Positions 26,453-34,241 of a DNA stretch of 34,241 bases are shown here, piece by piece (the first letter of the stretch is position 1; every line of letters starts with the position of its first letter). The stretch is from positions 1-34,241 of the IMG/VR virus record IMGVR_UViG_3300037785_000004, one strand, 5' to 3'. Source of the stretch: a virus. Lineage: Duplodnaviria; Caudoviricetes. The position numbers and the translations under genes were made by a program. The notes beneath the pieces are model-generated. The model saw only the letters and a list, made by a program, of their open reading frames with translations, searched no databases and was not told the origin of the DNA.

Positions 26453-27100
26453 TCATTTGAACTGCGAAGCGATCCAGTATTCGACAGTGTCGCTCTTGAA
26501 GTTAGCCACTTTGTCGGCTAGCGATACCTTGTAGTCGAACGGCATCAGGCGCATGTTCTCGACTTTGATCAGCTGGTCGAAGTCTTTACAGTCTACACCA
26601 GTAGCCACCTCGACGTCAAATCTATTCGAAGTCGGGTTCTTGCTGTCTACGGCTGAGAGCAAGATGGTGCCGTTAGTCCCCGTGAAGCTGATTTCTCCGA
26701 GAGACAGAACGCCCGCTGCACGGGTCACGCTTTGAATGTCGGACCACTTCACATCGACCGTCACTCGCCCCGGAATGTTGATGTTATTCGGTGGCGGGCT
26801 GACCAGTAGATTCTCAGCCGTGTAGACATACTTCACTCGGCTCGAACCACTCTTGATCGTGAAGTGGTCCGCTTCGAAGTTCACGTCCGAGTCCTGGAAG
26901 AGAGCCAGCGTGGACAGGAAGCACTGAAGGTCGTAGACCGCTGCCTTGATGGGAATTTCTTCGGCAATGGTCGCTTGAGCTAGCACCGACTTGTGAACGG
27001 AGATGGTCCGGAGCACTTTGCCCGGCATGAACACCAAGTTCGGGTTGATGGCTGCAAAGTTCTTGAGAACAGCCAGGGTTTCTTCACTGAATTTCATCAT
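26453..27100 (-). CDS. 45: Sliding clamp (T4 gp45)
   Basis: MKFSEETLAVLKNFAAINPNL...YDL..FLS...EYWIA. Confidence 0.95.
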   Translation of the reverse strand: MMKFSEETLAVLKNFAAINPNLVFMPGKVLRTISVHKSVLAQATIAEEIPIKAAVYDLQCFLSTLALFQDSDVNFEADHFTIKSGSSRVKYVYTAENLLVSPPPNNINIPGRVTVDVKWSDIQSVTRAAGVLSLGEISFTGTNGTILLSAVDSKNPTSNRFDVEVATGVDCKDFDQLIKVENMRLMPFDYKVSLADKVANFKSDTVEYWIASQFK

Positions 27101-27966
27101 TTTTCCTTCTGGTACGTTTTCTGTTTAGAGGAGTTGTCTGCGGTCGGCGAGGCTTGGATCGTAGCCATCGCTGCGATAGAACCATCGAAGGTGTGCGTAC
27201 CCACGTGAGCCAGGCGCATCCACGGGCACATCCACACTTTGAGCCCTAGCTCTCGGCAGTTTCGGGAGAACATGTAGTCTTCCGAGAGGTAGCGTCGAGT
27301 CTTGGGGTCAATCACCGTATCGAAGTACGCCATGATCTCCCGTTCGCCGTCAAAGTTTTCGGTGCGAACGTGATCTGGACGGTAAGATAGCTCCGGGTGA
27401 GCTTCGGCGTATTTCTCGAAGACGTGACGAGAAATCATCATGAAGCCAGTGCCACCTTCCATAACTTCGACAGGAGCGTCGATGCGGTAAGACTCAATCT
27501 CTGGGGCTACGTTGAAGACAAAGTCTCCAGCGAACTGGGAGAGATTGAACGGGTTTTCGTCGCCGTAGCCTAGCTTGGCTGCCTTGTGTACTTTCTCCCA
27601 AGCGATGGTCTTCTTGGGGTATGGTCCAGTGACGATATCTTTCTTGGTTGGATCCTCCTCTGGATTGCCGGTGAGGTGCATAAGCACCATGACATCTTTA
27701 TAGCTGAAACCGATGTCGCTGTCAATAAAAAGAAGATGGGTCGCGTCCGAACGTAGGAACTCATCCACGACGTAGTTACGCGCGCGCGTGATGAGCGATT
27801 CGTTGAACAGGTAGTAGAGCCGGATCGGCAGACCTACCTTCGTTGCGGCCATGCACAGGTCCGCAACAGATTTGGTGTACATACCAGAACACTGGCCGCC
27901 ATACATCGGCGTGCCCACAAATAGCTTCTTTCCCTTCAGGGATTCTAGAACTTCGTCGTTAGTCAT
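27097..27966 (-). CDS. GT-A fold glycosyltransferase-like protein
   Basis: TPMYGG, ESLITRARN, DxD motif FIDSDI, GTGFMMI, YLSEDY.F, L.HVG. Confidence 0.75.
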   Translation of the reverse strand: MTNDEVLESLKGKKLFVGTPMYGGQCSGMYTKSVADLCMAATKVGLPIRLYYLFNESLITRARNYVVDEFLRSDATHLLFIDSDIGFSYKDVMVLMHLTGNPEEDPTKKDIVTGPYPKKTIAWEKVHKAAKLGYGDENPFNLSQFAGDFVFNVAPEIESYRIDAPVEVMEGGTGFMMISRHVFEKYAEAHPELSYRPDHVRTENFDGEREIMAYFDTVIDPKTRRYLSEDYMFSRNCRELGLKVWMCPWMRLAHVGTHTFDGSIAAMATIQASPTADNSSKQKTYQKEK

Positions 27967-28364
27967 TTATTCACCTCTCTAGCGCTCTTCAGGGCGCGAT
28001 CAATCCATTCAGCACATTCTTTGGCCGACATGGCTTCTTCGGAAACAGGAGGGAGTCGGTCGTCTTCCCCGATGTTTCGCATAACCGATGCAGTCAACAT
28101 GCAAGCCGAAGCCATAATCATGCAGACTTGTGGTAGATCCGATCCCCTCTCTCCGTCGTCAAAGTCTTTGCCATTCTCAAAGTCTTCGATGTGTCGTTTC
28201 AGGGAGTCGATCATCTGTTGCCAGGGAAGACCGTTCTCCCAGTTCCTAGCCCCGTACTTCTTAGCCCCGTACTCAAAAGAAGCTGCGGCCGCTGCCATAG
28301 CTTCCAGAGGTACGTATCTAGTGTAGGGTATACCCAAAGCTTCGCGCTGTCCATTAACCTTCAT
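27963..28364 (-). CDS. dATP/dGTP diphosphohydrolase-like protein (DUF5664)
   Basis: FEYGAKKYGARNWENG...DSLKRH...D.ER.S.LP. Confidence 0.8.
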   Translation of the reverse strand: MKVNGQREALGIPYTRYVPLEAMAAAAASFEYGAKKYGARNWENGLPWQQMIDSLKRHIEDFENGKDFDDGERGSDLPQVCMIMASACMLTASVMRNIGEDDRLPPVSEEAMSAKECAEWIDRALKSAREVNK

Positions 28365-28861
28365 CGTACGCCAGTGCTCCCGAAGCCGCCATCTCGGCTA
28401 TCTTTCTTGGCGATGGGCGCATCCGCAGCAACCAGCTCTGCGGTGAAGACTGTAGTCATCTGGACCTGAGCCAGACGATCTCCATCTAGGATTGGCATCA
28501 CCACGTTGGTAGTGTTGAGCATCGGGATGTAGACTTCGTCGGTGTAGTCTGAATCGATGACGCCGACCCCGTTAGCCAACGAAAGACCTCGCTTCAAACC
28601 AGTCGAAGAACGGTTGTACAGAAAGAGGGCGAAGCCCTTTGGAATGTCGAAGGCGATTCCGGTGGGGATCAGGGCGCGCTGGCCTGGATGAAGATGCAGC
28701 GTATTTCCTTCCATCTCTCCGGCTCTTACGACCCCGTCCTGCTCATACACTCGCACGGGGTTACCGTTGAAATGGCATCGGATATCGAAGCAGGCGCTCC
28801 CGGTAGTCGCATACTCTAGGGGCGGGACGTCTTCGTGTAGTCGGTGGTATTGTAGTTGCAT
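28361..28861 (-). CDS. dut: Trimeric dUTPase
   Basis: GSACFDI, RSS, GVIDSDY, GDRLAQ, RDGGFGSTG. Confidence 0.95.
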   Translation of the reverse strand: MQLQYHRLHEDVPPLEYATTGSACFDIRCHFNGNPVRVYEQDGVVRAGEMEGNTLHLHPGQRALIPTGIAFDIPKGFALFLYNRSSTGLKRGLSLANGVGVIDSDYTDEVYIPMLNTTNVVMPILDGDRLAQVQMTTVFTAELVAADAPIAKKDSRDGGFGSTGVR

Positions 28862-28862
28862 T

Positions 28863-29492
28863 TTACCTCTCGGTTAGTTCTAGGTCTTCGGCAAGACGCA
28901 AGAGCGCTTGCAATCTCATCACATCGGCAGCTACATCATGACGGCTGTCATGGGCGATAAAAGTCTCCTTCCAGTACGCTTCGTCTGAAACTGGCGTGAA
29001 GCCGCTGGTGACTTCAAAGCCCAGGACCCCGTTGATGAAAGTCCTAACATCCCGAACGTTCCAGAACTTGAGGGTTTCGTCGAACCAATCTAGTTCTCCG
29101 GACAGGTCCATGATTCGCTCTAGAACCGGAGGGTCGAAGTTGTTGCCCCGAGTCCACCACTTCTGCACTCGGACCCCGTTCAGGTATTCTTTTAGAGTAG
29201 CACTGAACTCTTGGTAAGTCAAGTCGTTTTCTGTGGGTCGAAGATTTTTCTTCACTTCTTCGGGTTGGCTGTCCCACCAGGCCAAGTCTTCCTTGGAGAA
29301 CTTGAAGCCCAGCGCAGTCTGCTTCTGGACGTCGAATTTAGACTTCTGGACCGTGTCTACTAGCTCTTCGAACGTATAGGGTCTGGTCGTGAACCGGGCG
29401 CGGTCAAAGATAGTGTAAGCGCAGTCTACCGCAACTAGGGTACGATTGCGCTTACCGAGCGTCTCGAAGTCTATGATGAAGTCTCGTTTCAT
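28863..29492 (-). CDS. dexA: DEDDh 3'-5' exonuclease (DexA-like)
   Basis: IIDFETLG, WTRGNNFD, RDVRT, AHDSRHDVAAD. Confidence 0.85.
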   Translation of the reverse strand: MKRDFIIDFETLGKRNRTLVAVDCAYTIFDRARFTTRPYTFEELVDTVQKSKFDVQKQTALGFKFSKEDLAWWDSQPEEVKKNLRPTENDLTYQEFSATLKEYLNGVRVQKWWTRGNNFDPPVLERIMDLSGELDWFDETLKFWNVRDVRTFINGVLGFEVTSGFTPVSDEAYWKETFIAHDSRHDVAADVMRLQALLRLAEDLELTER

Positions 29493-29493
29493 G

Positions 29494-29958
29494 TCAGCGA
29501 TTAGCCTTGTTTGCGTATGGAGTAATAGCGTGAATGACGTGTTTCTCTACTTTGTTGATGTCGATGTACTTCGGCGGGGCACCCCGAAGAAAAGAGACAT
29601 AAAGCCGGTCTAGGTCCTCTACGCCATATAGCCCTCGGAAAACCTTGGCAGAAGAATGCCTTTCGGTCGGCCTTGAATTTCCTTGGACTTCTTTCACAAA
29701 GCGACCAATTCGAGCGTGGATACTAGTTTTAGTTGCGCCGACATAGAACGGGTCGTCGCCACGGTAAATGGCATAGATGCCGGGTTGTTTGCTCAGGGGA
29801 GGCGCTTTCGCAAAATTGCTATGCAAATAGAACCCCATTTTAGTTCCCTGTTTGATAATCAGCCTGTACCGCTGTTTGAACTCTTCGCTTTTCAAGATCA
29901 GATTAACCATATCCGACACATCGAAGAGTACTTCTCCTTCTAGGTTTCGATACATCAT
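29494..29958 (-). CDS. GIY-YIG nuclease
   Basis: PGIYAIY...FYVGAT...RI; C-terminal E and PYAN; appears more AT-rich than neighbours. Confidence 0.8.
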   Translation of the reverse strand: MMYRNLEGEVLFDVSDMVNLILKSEEFKQRYRLIIKQGTKMGFYLHSNFAKAPPLSKQPGIYAIYRGDDPFYVGATKTSIHARIGRFVKEVQGNSRPTERHSSAKVFRGLYGVEDLDRLYVSFLRGAPPKYIDINKVEKHVIHAITPYANKANR

Positions 29959-29967
29959 ATACCCCTG

Positions 29968-30795
29968 TTAGCGGTTGAACTTGACTTGCTGCTCGGCTTC
30001 ACGAGGATCTAGTTTGTACCGAGAACGAATCTGGTTGTTGCTATGCACCACTTCTTCCAGAATAGTGAAGTCCGGATATTCGGTAATCAGCGCTCGGGTA
30101 TCTTTCGGGAAGCAAGCTCCACCAAAGCCATATCGCCCGTCCGGGCCCGGCACCGCAGTGTGGGACGATCCGATGCGAGAGTCCTCAGTGACAGCCCGGA
30201 TTACCTTATCGTAGCTACTACCAGTCGATTTGACGATTTCCTGGAACTGGTTGAACCACATCACTTTGGTAGCGAGGAAAGAGTTGATAGCGTACTTGAC
30301 GAGGCTAGCTTCGACTGGAGTCATAAACTCTGACACACATGGCGTTACCAAGCTATGCTCTTCGTAGATTTTGAGTAGATACTCCCCAGATCCGATGTCG
30401 TTGCACCCGATGACGTGAAACTCAGGGTGTAGGAAGTCCGACAGAGCGCTGCGCTCCCGAAGAAACTCGGGGTTGTAGATGGTGCGAGGAAGGTCACAGA
30501 GAAGACGGACTTCTTCTGGTAGAACTGTGGACTTCAAGACGATCAGACCGTTGACGTTGTTCTTCAGGTAGTTCATGACGTCTCGGACGATAGAATAGTC
30601 CGCAGCACCATCTGGTCCCATAGGGGTCGGGACACAGACAAAGGTCACGTCTGGGTCAAAGCCAGGCAGAGATTCGATACGATGTTGGTAACCCTCTAGC
30701 TTGGGGTCGATGATTCGGCGTTCGTTAGTTTCGAGCGAGAAAGCGGCGCTAGCGGCTTTCCCTACGAAACCGTAACCGACGATAGCTATTTTCAT
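29968..30795 (-). CDS. UDP-glucose/GDP-mannose 6-dehydrogenase family protein (short form)
   Basis: IVGYGFVG, CVPTP, KSTV, NPEFLRE, KYAINSFLATK, GFGGACFPKD. Confidence 0.9.
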   Translation of the reverse strand: MKIAIVGYGFVGKAASAAFSLETNERRIIDPKLEGYQHRIESLPGFDPDVTFVCVPTPMGPDGAADYSIVRDVMNYLKNNVNGLIVLKSTVLPEEVRLLCDLPRTIYNPEFLRERSALSDFLHPEFHVIGCNDIGSGEYLLKIYEEHSLVTPCVSEFMTPVEASLVKYAINSFLATKVMWFNQFQEIVKSTGSSYDKVIRAVTEDSRIGSSHTAVPGPDGRYGFGGACFPKDTRALITEYPDFTILEEVVHSNNQIRSRYKLDPREAEQQVKFNR

Positions 30796-31634
30796 GATAC
30801 GCTCCTTATCCAAGTCTCAAGACTATAGCATGGCTTCCAGCCCAAGTCAAGAGTTTTCTCCGTCTTGAGTTCTGCGGTCATTCGATTGCCTGGCTTCTCG
30901 GGAGTGAAGACCACTTCTCCACCAAACAAGTCTGCTACCTCTAGAACCGAGTAAGACTTTGGGTTTCCGATTCCGTACCCGTCGCCCTCTCCTTGGTCTC
31001 CAACTAGAAGTAGCGCCGATACGATATCACCTATATAGGTGAAATTACGACGCTGGGTTCCTGGAAGCGTGACGGTGAGAGGAAGCCCTTGACGTTTGCG
31101 TTCGGCAAATTTGGCAATCAGGGTCGCATAGGTCCCTTCCGCAATCTCCCGAGGACCGTAGACGTTGTAGAAGTACGTGATGGCGTATGGGATGTTGTGA
31201 TGTCCACAGAACAGTTTCACGAACTCGGTGTTGTGAGCCTTAGACCACTGATAGGGACTCATACGGTCGACCTCGGCGAACTTGGTCGAACTGCCCGAGT
31301 AGATCAGCTTGGCTTTGGGCATAGACCGAACGTAGTCTAAGACGCGAGACGTGCCCTCCAAGTTGTAAGCCCAGACTAGATCCAGATCCTCGAAAGACTG
31401 CTCCACTCTAGAATACTCACCTAGGTGGTAGACGAGGTCGAACGGCTGTTGATCCCATAGAGCTTCGAAGATGTCTTGGGTGTCACCGCGAACATACTCG
31501 ACTCCACCGACGTGGTTGTCTTCGCTCCCGGTGAAGTAGTTGTCTAGGGAGACCACGTCGTCTCCCCTCTTGGCTAGTGCCTCACAGAGATGGGAGCCGA
31601 CAAAGCCAGCTCCCCCAGTTACTAAAACTCTCAT
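30792..31634 (-). CDS. NAD-dependent nucleotide-sugar epimerase/dehydratase (extended SDR)
   Basis: VTGGAGFVG, SS, YxxxK (PYQWSK), YFYNVYGP; ATG at 31634. Confidence 0.92.
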   Translation of the reverse strand: MRVLVTGGAGFVGSHLCEALAKRGDDVVSLDNYFTGSEDNHVGGVEYVRGDTQDIFEALWDQQPFDLVYHLGEYSRVEQSFEDLDLVWAYNLEGTSRVLDYVRSMPKAKLIYSGSSTKFAEVDRMSPYQWSKAHNTEFVKLFCGHHNIPYAITYFYNVYGPREIAEGTYATLIAKFAERKRQGLPLTVTLPGTQRRNFTYIGDIVSALLLVGDQGEGDGYGIGNPKSYSVLEVADLFGGEVVFTPEKPGNRMTAELKTEKTLDLGWKPCYSLETWIRSVS

Positions 31635-31641
31635 ATTACCC

Positions 31642-32595
31642 TCAGGTGTGAATGGTGTTTCGCCCGCGCGGGTATTCGTCGCGCTGGAAGTCTTCATCGA
31701 CGTACGCGTCCGGTGTTCCATATTTTCGCACCAGCTTCATCCCGTAGTTGTTCACCTTGTTGTGAATCTTCACGTCCTTCTTCAGGATCAGCGGAGTCTG
31801 TCTCGCTAGATTCCCGGTCTTCTGGTTGATGATCCCATCGATGTCCACGAGATGGTGAGAACGACCATAGCGCTCTACTAGAGTCACCACATCCGGGTGC
31901 ATCTCTTTCAGCATACGGGACTTCTTCAAGGACGCGTCGTCTTCGTAGTTGTTGTAAATCTCTTCGGTGTTACCACCTTTCACCGTACCAGTGCGCATCT
32001 TGTTACACAGGAACGCGTAGAACTGTACCGTAGCGTACCCGTCTTTCAGAACCCGAATCGACAGGTCCACGTCTTCATTATACTTGCCGCGCCAGCGATG
32101 GTCAATACTGTTGTCGATCAAAAAGCACGACATGATTCGGGTGTTCAGGATGTACGGAGGGTACACCTTGTCGCTCGGATAGAAGAAGTCGTACTGGAAG
32201 CCCGACAGAGCAATGTTTTCGTAGCGGTCTACGAAGTCCTCAGCCGCTCGAAAGATTCCAGACCCTCGCTCGACTCCATATTTCTTGTTGCGATGCAGAC
32301 GAACGAAGCCGTCTATGTTGTCGTCCATGAGCCAGTGTCGCGCATGACCGTTAGCGATAGAGTGCTCCCAGCACCAGTTGCGAGCAGGACCAGATCCCTT
32401 ACCGTGGTTGGAGAACGGCAGCGTCAAGATTTTCTTCGGGTCGATCACTGCGGCGTACTGGTCATATTCCTGTGGCTCGACCGCGATGTAGTATGGAACT
32501 CCCATACGCTCCAGAGACTTGGACGTATGGCGAGATTCCCATCGACCCTTGCTAATGATGTAGATCGGGTATCTTGTGGTGAAAGCGTCACTCAT
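31642..32595 (-). CDS. TET-associated/GREB1-like glycosyltransferase (putative DNA base glycosyltransferase)
   Basis: IYIISKGR, VEPQEY, ARNWCW, WLMDDNI, YNEDVDLS, KGGNT. Confidence 0.75.
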   Translation of the reverse strand: MSDAFTTRYPIYIISKGRWESRHTSKSLERMGVPYYIAVEPQEYDQYAAVIDPKKILTLPFSNHGKGSGPARNWCWEHSIANGHARHWLMDDNIDGFVRLHRNKKYGVERGSGIFRAAEDFVDRYENIALSGFQYDFFYPSDKVYPPYILNTRIMSCFLIDNSIDHRWRGKYNEDVDLSIRVLKDGYATVQFYAFLCNKMRTGTVKGGNTEEIYNNYEDDASLKKSRMLKEMHPDVVTLVERYGRSHHLVDIDGIINQKTGNLARQTPLILKKDVKIHNKVNNYGMKLVRKYGTPDAYVDEDFQRDEYPRGRNTIHT

Positions 32596-32863
32596 CTTCT
32601 ACGTACCTGTTCGACTTGTTTTCTTCTTGGGGTTTATCCGGATACCACATCAGGTTGGTCTTATCCGTGAACTTCTTCCCGACCAGCTTGGAGAAAGCTT
32701 CTCGGTCTTCTTTGGTGCGAAAGCATACCTTGATCTGCTTCCAAGCTTTCAGGTAGTCGGTCGCAAAAGCTGGCATCCCCGCAGCATACCATTGACGATA
32801 TGGATCTCGCCATTCTTCTTGTAGTCGCTCGACGGTTTCGACCTTCTTGAAGTCTTCGATCAT
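32588..32863 (-). CDS. Small glycosyltransferase-associated protein
   Basis: W..AGMPAF...IKVCFRTKEDREAF.KL...T..MWYP; overlaps the GT start. Confidence 0.65.
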   Translation of the reverse strand: MIEDFKKVETVERLQEEWRDPYRQWYAAGMPAFATDYLKAWKQIKVCFRTKEDREAFSKLVGKKFTDKTNLMWYPDKPQEENKSNRYVEDE

Positions 32864-33177
32864 TCGCTTCCTCCAAACAAGTCTTCTAGGCTAACCCCAC
32901 TCGGCTGAGCCTCGAAGACATACTTCTTCAATCTCGGCACAGGCTTAGCTCCGATCAAATCCATGAACTCAGCGTAGTCTTCCATGCACCGAAAGTTGAC
33001 TTTCATGGTCTGCCATGGCTCCGGGAACTCTTGGTCCCGTTCGACCTTCTTGGCAGTGGGGTTGTACTCCATGCCTTCGCCCAGCATGTCGGCTAGGGAT
33101 GGCTCTAGGTTCTCATCGGCTACGTACCCAACTAGGTCTTCGTAGTCTTGCGCGGTATCTTTCGTGTAGTTCTTCAC
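32860..33177 (-). CDS. Small glycosyltransferase-associated protein (paralogue of neighbour)
   Basis: W..MKVNFRCMEDYAEF..LIG; C-terminus SLEDLFG. Confidence 0.6.
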   Translation of the reverse strand: MKNYTKDTAQDYEDLVGYVADENLEPSLADMLGEGMEYNPTAKKVERDQEFPEPWQTMKVNFRCMEDYAEFMDLIGAKPVPRLKKYVFEAQPSGVSLEDLFGGSE

Positions 33178-33185
33178 TTGGTCCC

Positions 33186-34241
33186 TCAGACTATTTGGCT
33201 AAAGTTCTTCACCTTCTCGAACTCTATGACTCGGTCAAACTTGTCGTGTAGCTGGTCAGTCTTATGGCTTATGATAAACAAGTTGGTGCCATCTGTCAAC
33301 GACTTTAAGATGTCCATGAGATTTCCGGTACCGTCGGCGTCCAGAGATCCGTCGAACACCTCGTCCATGATCAGAATGTTAGCTGAGGCTGAGTTGCGCA
33401 TACGCGCTACCGTACGCCACGTGAGCATCAACGCCAAGTCGATTCGAGCCTTCTCGCCCTCGGAGAAGGAACTGTACGAAAACACGTCCCGGAACCTAGA
33501 CTTGATGGTCTCGTTGAAATTCTCGTCTAGCGAGAAATCCACGAAGAAATCCATAGCAGACAGGTACTTGTTGACTAGCTTGTTGATGATCGGTATATAC
33601 TGCTTCACGATTCTGGTCTTGATCCCGCCGTCTTTCAGGATGTTTGCGGCTACTGTTTGAGTTTCCCGAAGCTCCAAGAGTTCTCGGTGCTCTTTATTTA
33701 GGCTCTTCAAATCGGCGCGGTACCCGTCGATCTTCTTGGTGTCGATGGCTTCTACCTCAGCTTCGGCGTCCTCTAGCTCTTTCTTGATAGCCTTCAGCGA
33801 GCTAGTAGCGATTCGAATGGTCTGACGTTCTTCGGATATCTTGAGGTTCAGACTGGCTACTCTAGACTCCACCTTCGAAATTTCCGCCAAGCGAGCTTTG
33901 AGAGATTCCGTCTTCTGGTTCAGCTTGTCTAGACCAATCGTGATCTTTTCTTTGGTCTCGGTGTGCTCCGAGATTCGCGCTTGCCGAAAGCCCTCTTCGA
34001 TTCCCTGCTGACAGGTTGGGCAGTTCTCGTGGTCGGTGTAGAAAGAGACGTTGTTTTCTAGGACCGAGAGCTTGTGACCCATCTTCTGGTATAGGGTGAC
34101 GCACTCGTCATGCTGTCTCTGCACCTGAGCTTTGTCTTGAATCTCTTCCAGGAAGTTGAGGATCTCCCCTTCGTACTCTTCGATCTTGAGGTTAGCAGCA
34201 TCTATCAGGTCGACCTGAACCTTGGCGCGCTCCTTGATCTT
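33186..34241 (-). CDS. 46: Recombination endonuclease ATPase subunit (T4 gp46, SbcC/Rad50-like), 3' part
   Basis: Zn hook CPTCQQ, signature FSEGEKARIDL, Walker B/D-loop IMDEVFDGSLD, IISH; frame open to the window end. Confidence 0.96.
   Translation of the reverse strand, partial: KIKERAKVQVDLIDAANLKIEEYEGEILNFLEEIQDKAQVQRQHDECVTLYQKMGHKLSVLENNVSFYTDHENCPTCQQGIEEGFRQARISEHTETKEKITIGLDKLNQKTESLKARLAEISKVESRVASLNLKISEERQTIRIATSSLKAIKKELEDAEAEVEAIDTKKIDGYRADLKSLNKEHRELLELRETQTVAANILKDGGIKTRIVKQYIPIINKLVNKYLSAMDFFVDFSLDENFNETIKSRFRDVFSYSSFSEGEKARIDLALMLTWRTVARMRNSASANILIMDEVFDGSLDADGTGNLMDILKSLTDGTNLFIISHKTDQLHDKFDRVIEFEKVKNFSQIV

Noticed and set aside
27963-28364. 2-aminoadenine (Z) or 7-deazaguanine genome
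   Set aside because: No purZ or que/dpd genes in the window; DUF5664 alone is insufficient.
31897-32670. 257-aa plus-strand ORF, and other plus-strand ORFs such as 8969..9514, 12374..12826 and 33148..33660
   Set aside because: Antisense shadows of well-supported minus-strand genes; no recognisable motifs.
1-34241. Stop-codon reassignment suggested by frequent TAG trinucleotides
   Set aside because: Core genes are full length under the standard code and coding density is high.

Overview
A 34 kb slice of a T4-like (Tevenvirinae-grade) myophage genome, with essentially all protein genes on the minus strand. Reading in transcription order (right to left): gp46 (partial); a candidate DNA-hypermodification/nucleotide-sugar cluster (two small paralogues, a TET-associated/GREB1-like glycosyltransferase, an NDP-sugar epimerase, a truncated UDP-glucose dehydrogenase, GIY-YIG, DexA, dUTPase, a DUF5664 dNTP diphosphohydrolase and a second GT-A enzyme); the core replisome (gp45, gp44, gp62, regA, hsp20, gp43, uvsX, gp41); a plus-strand structured ncRNA candidate; a block of late genes; lysis genes; primase gp61; DHFR; and thyA (partial). 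Several of the late proteins carry a T4-like capsid-targeting N-terminus and prohead-protease sites, including a ligase-motif protein, a PD-(D/E)XK nuclease and a HIGH-nucleotidyltransferase polyprotein. The late block also contains a methyltransferase/sulfotransferase/GT25/sulfotransferase operon and a host-type small-protein unit with a LysR box. An alphaproteobacterial host is inferred, not shown. Family assignments come from motif recognition by eye; no database searches were run.
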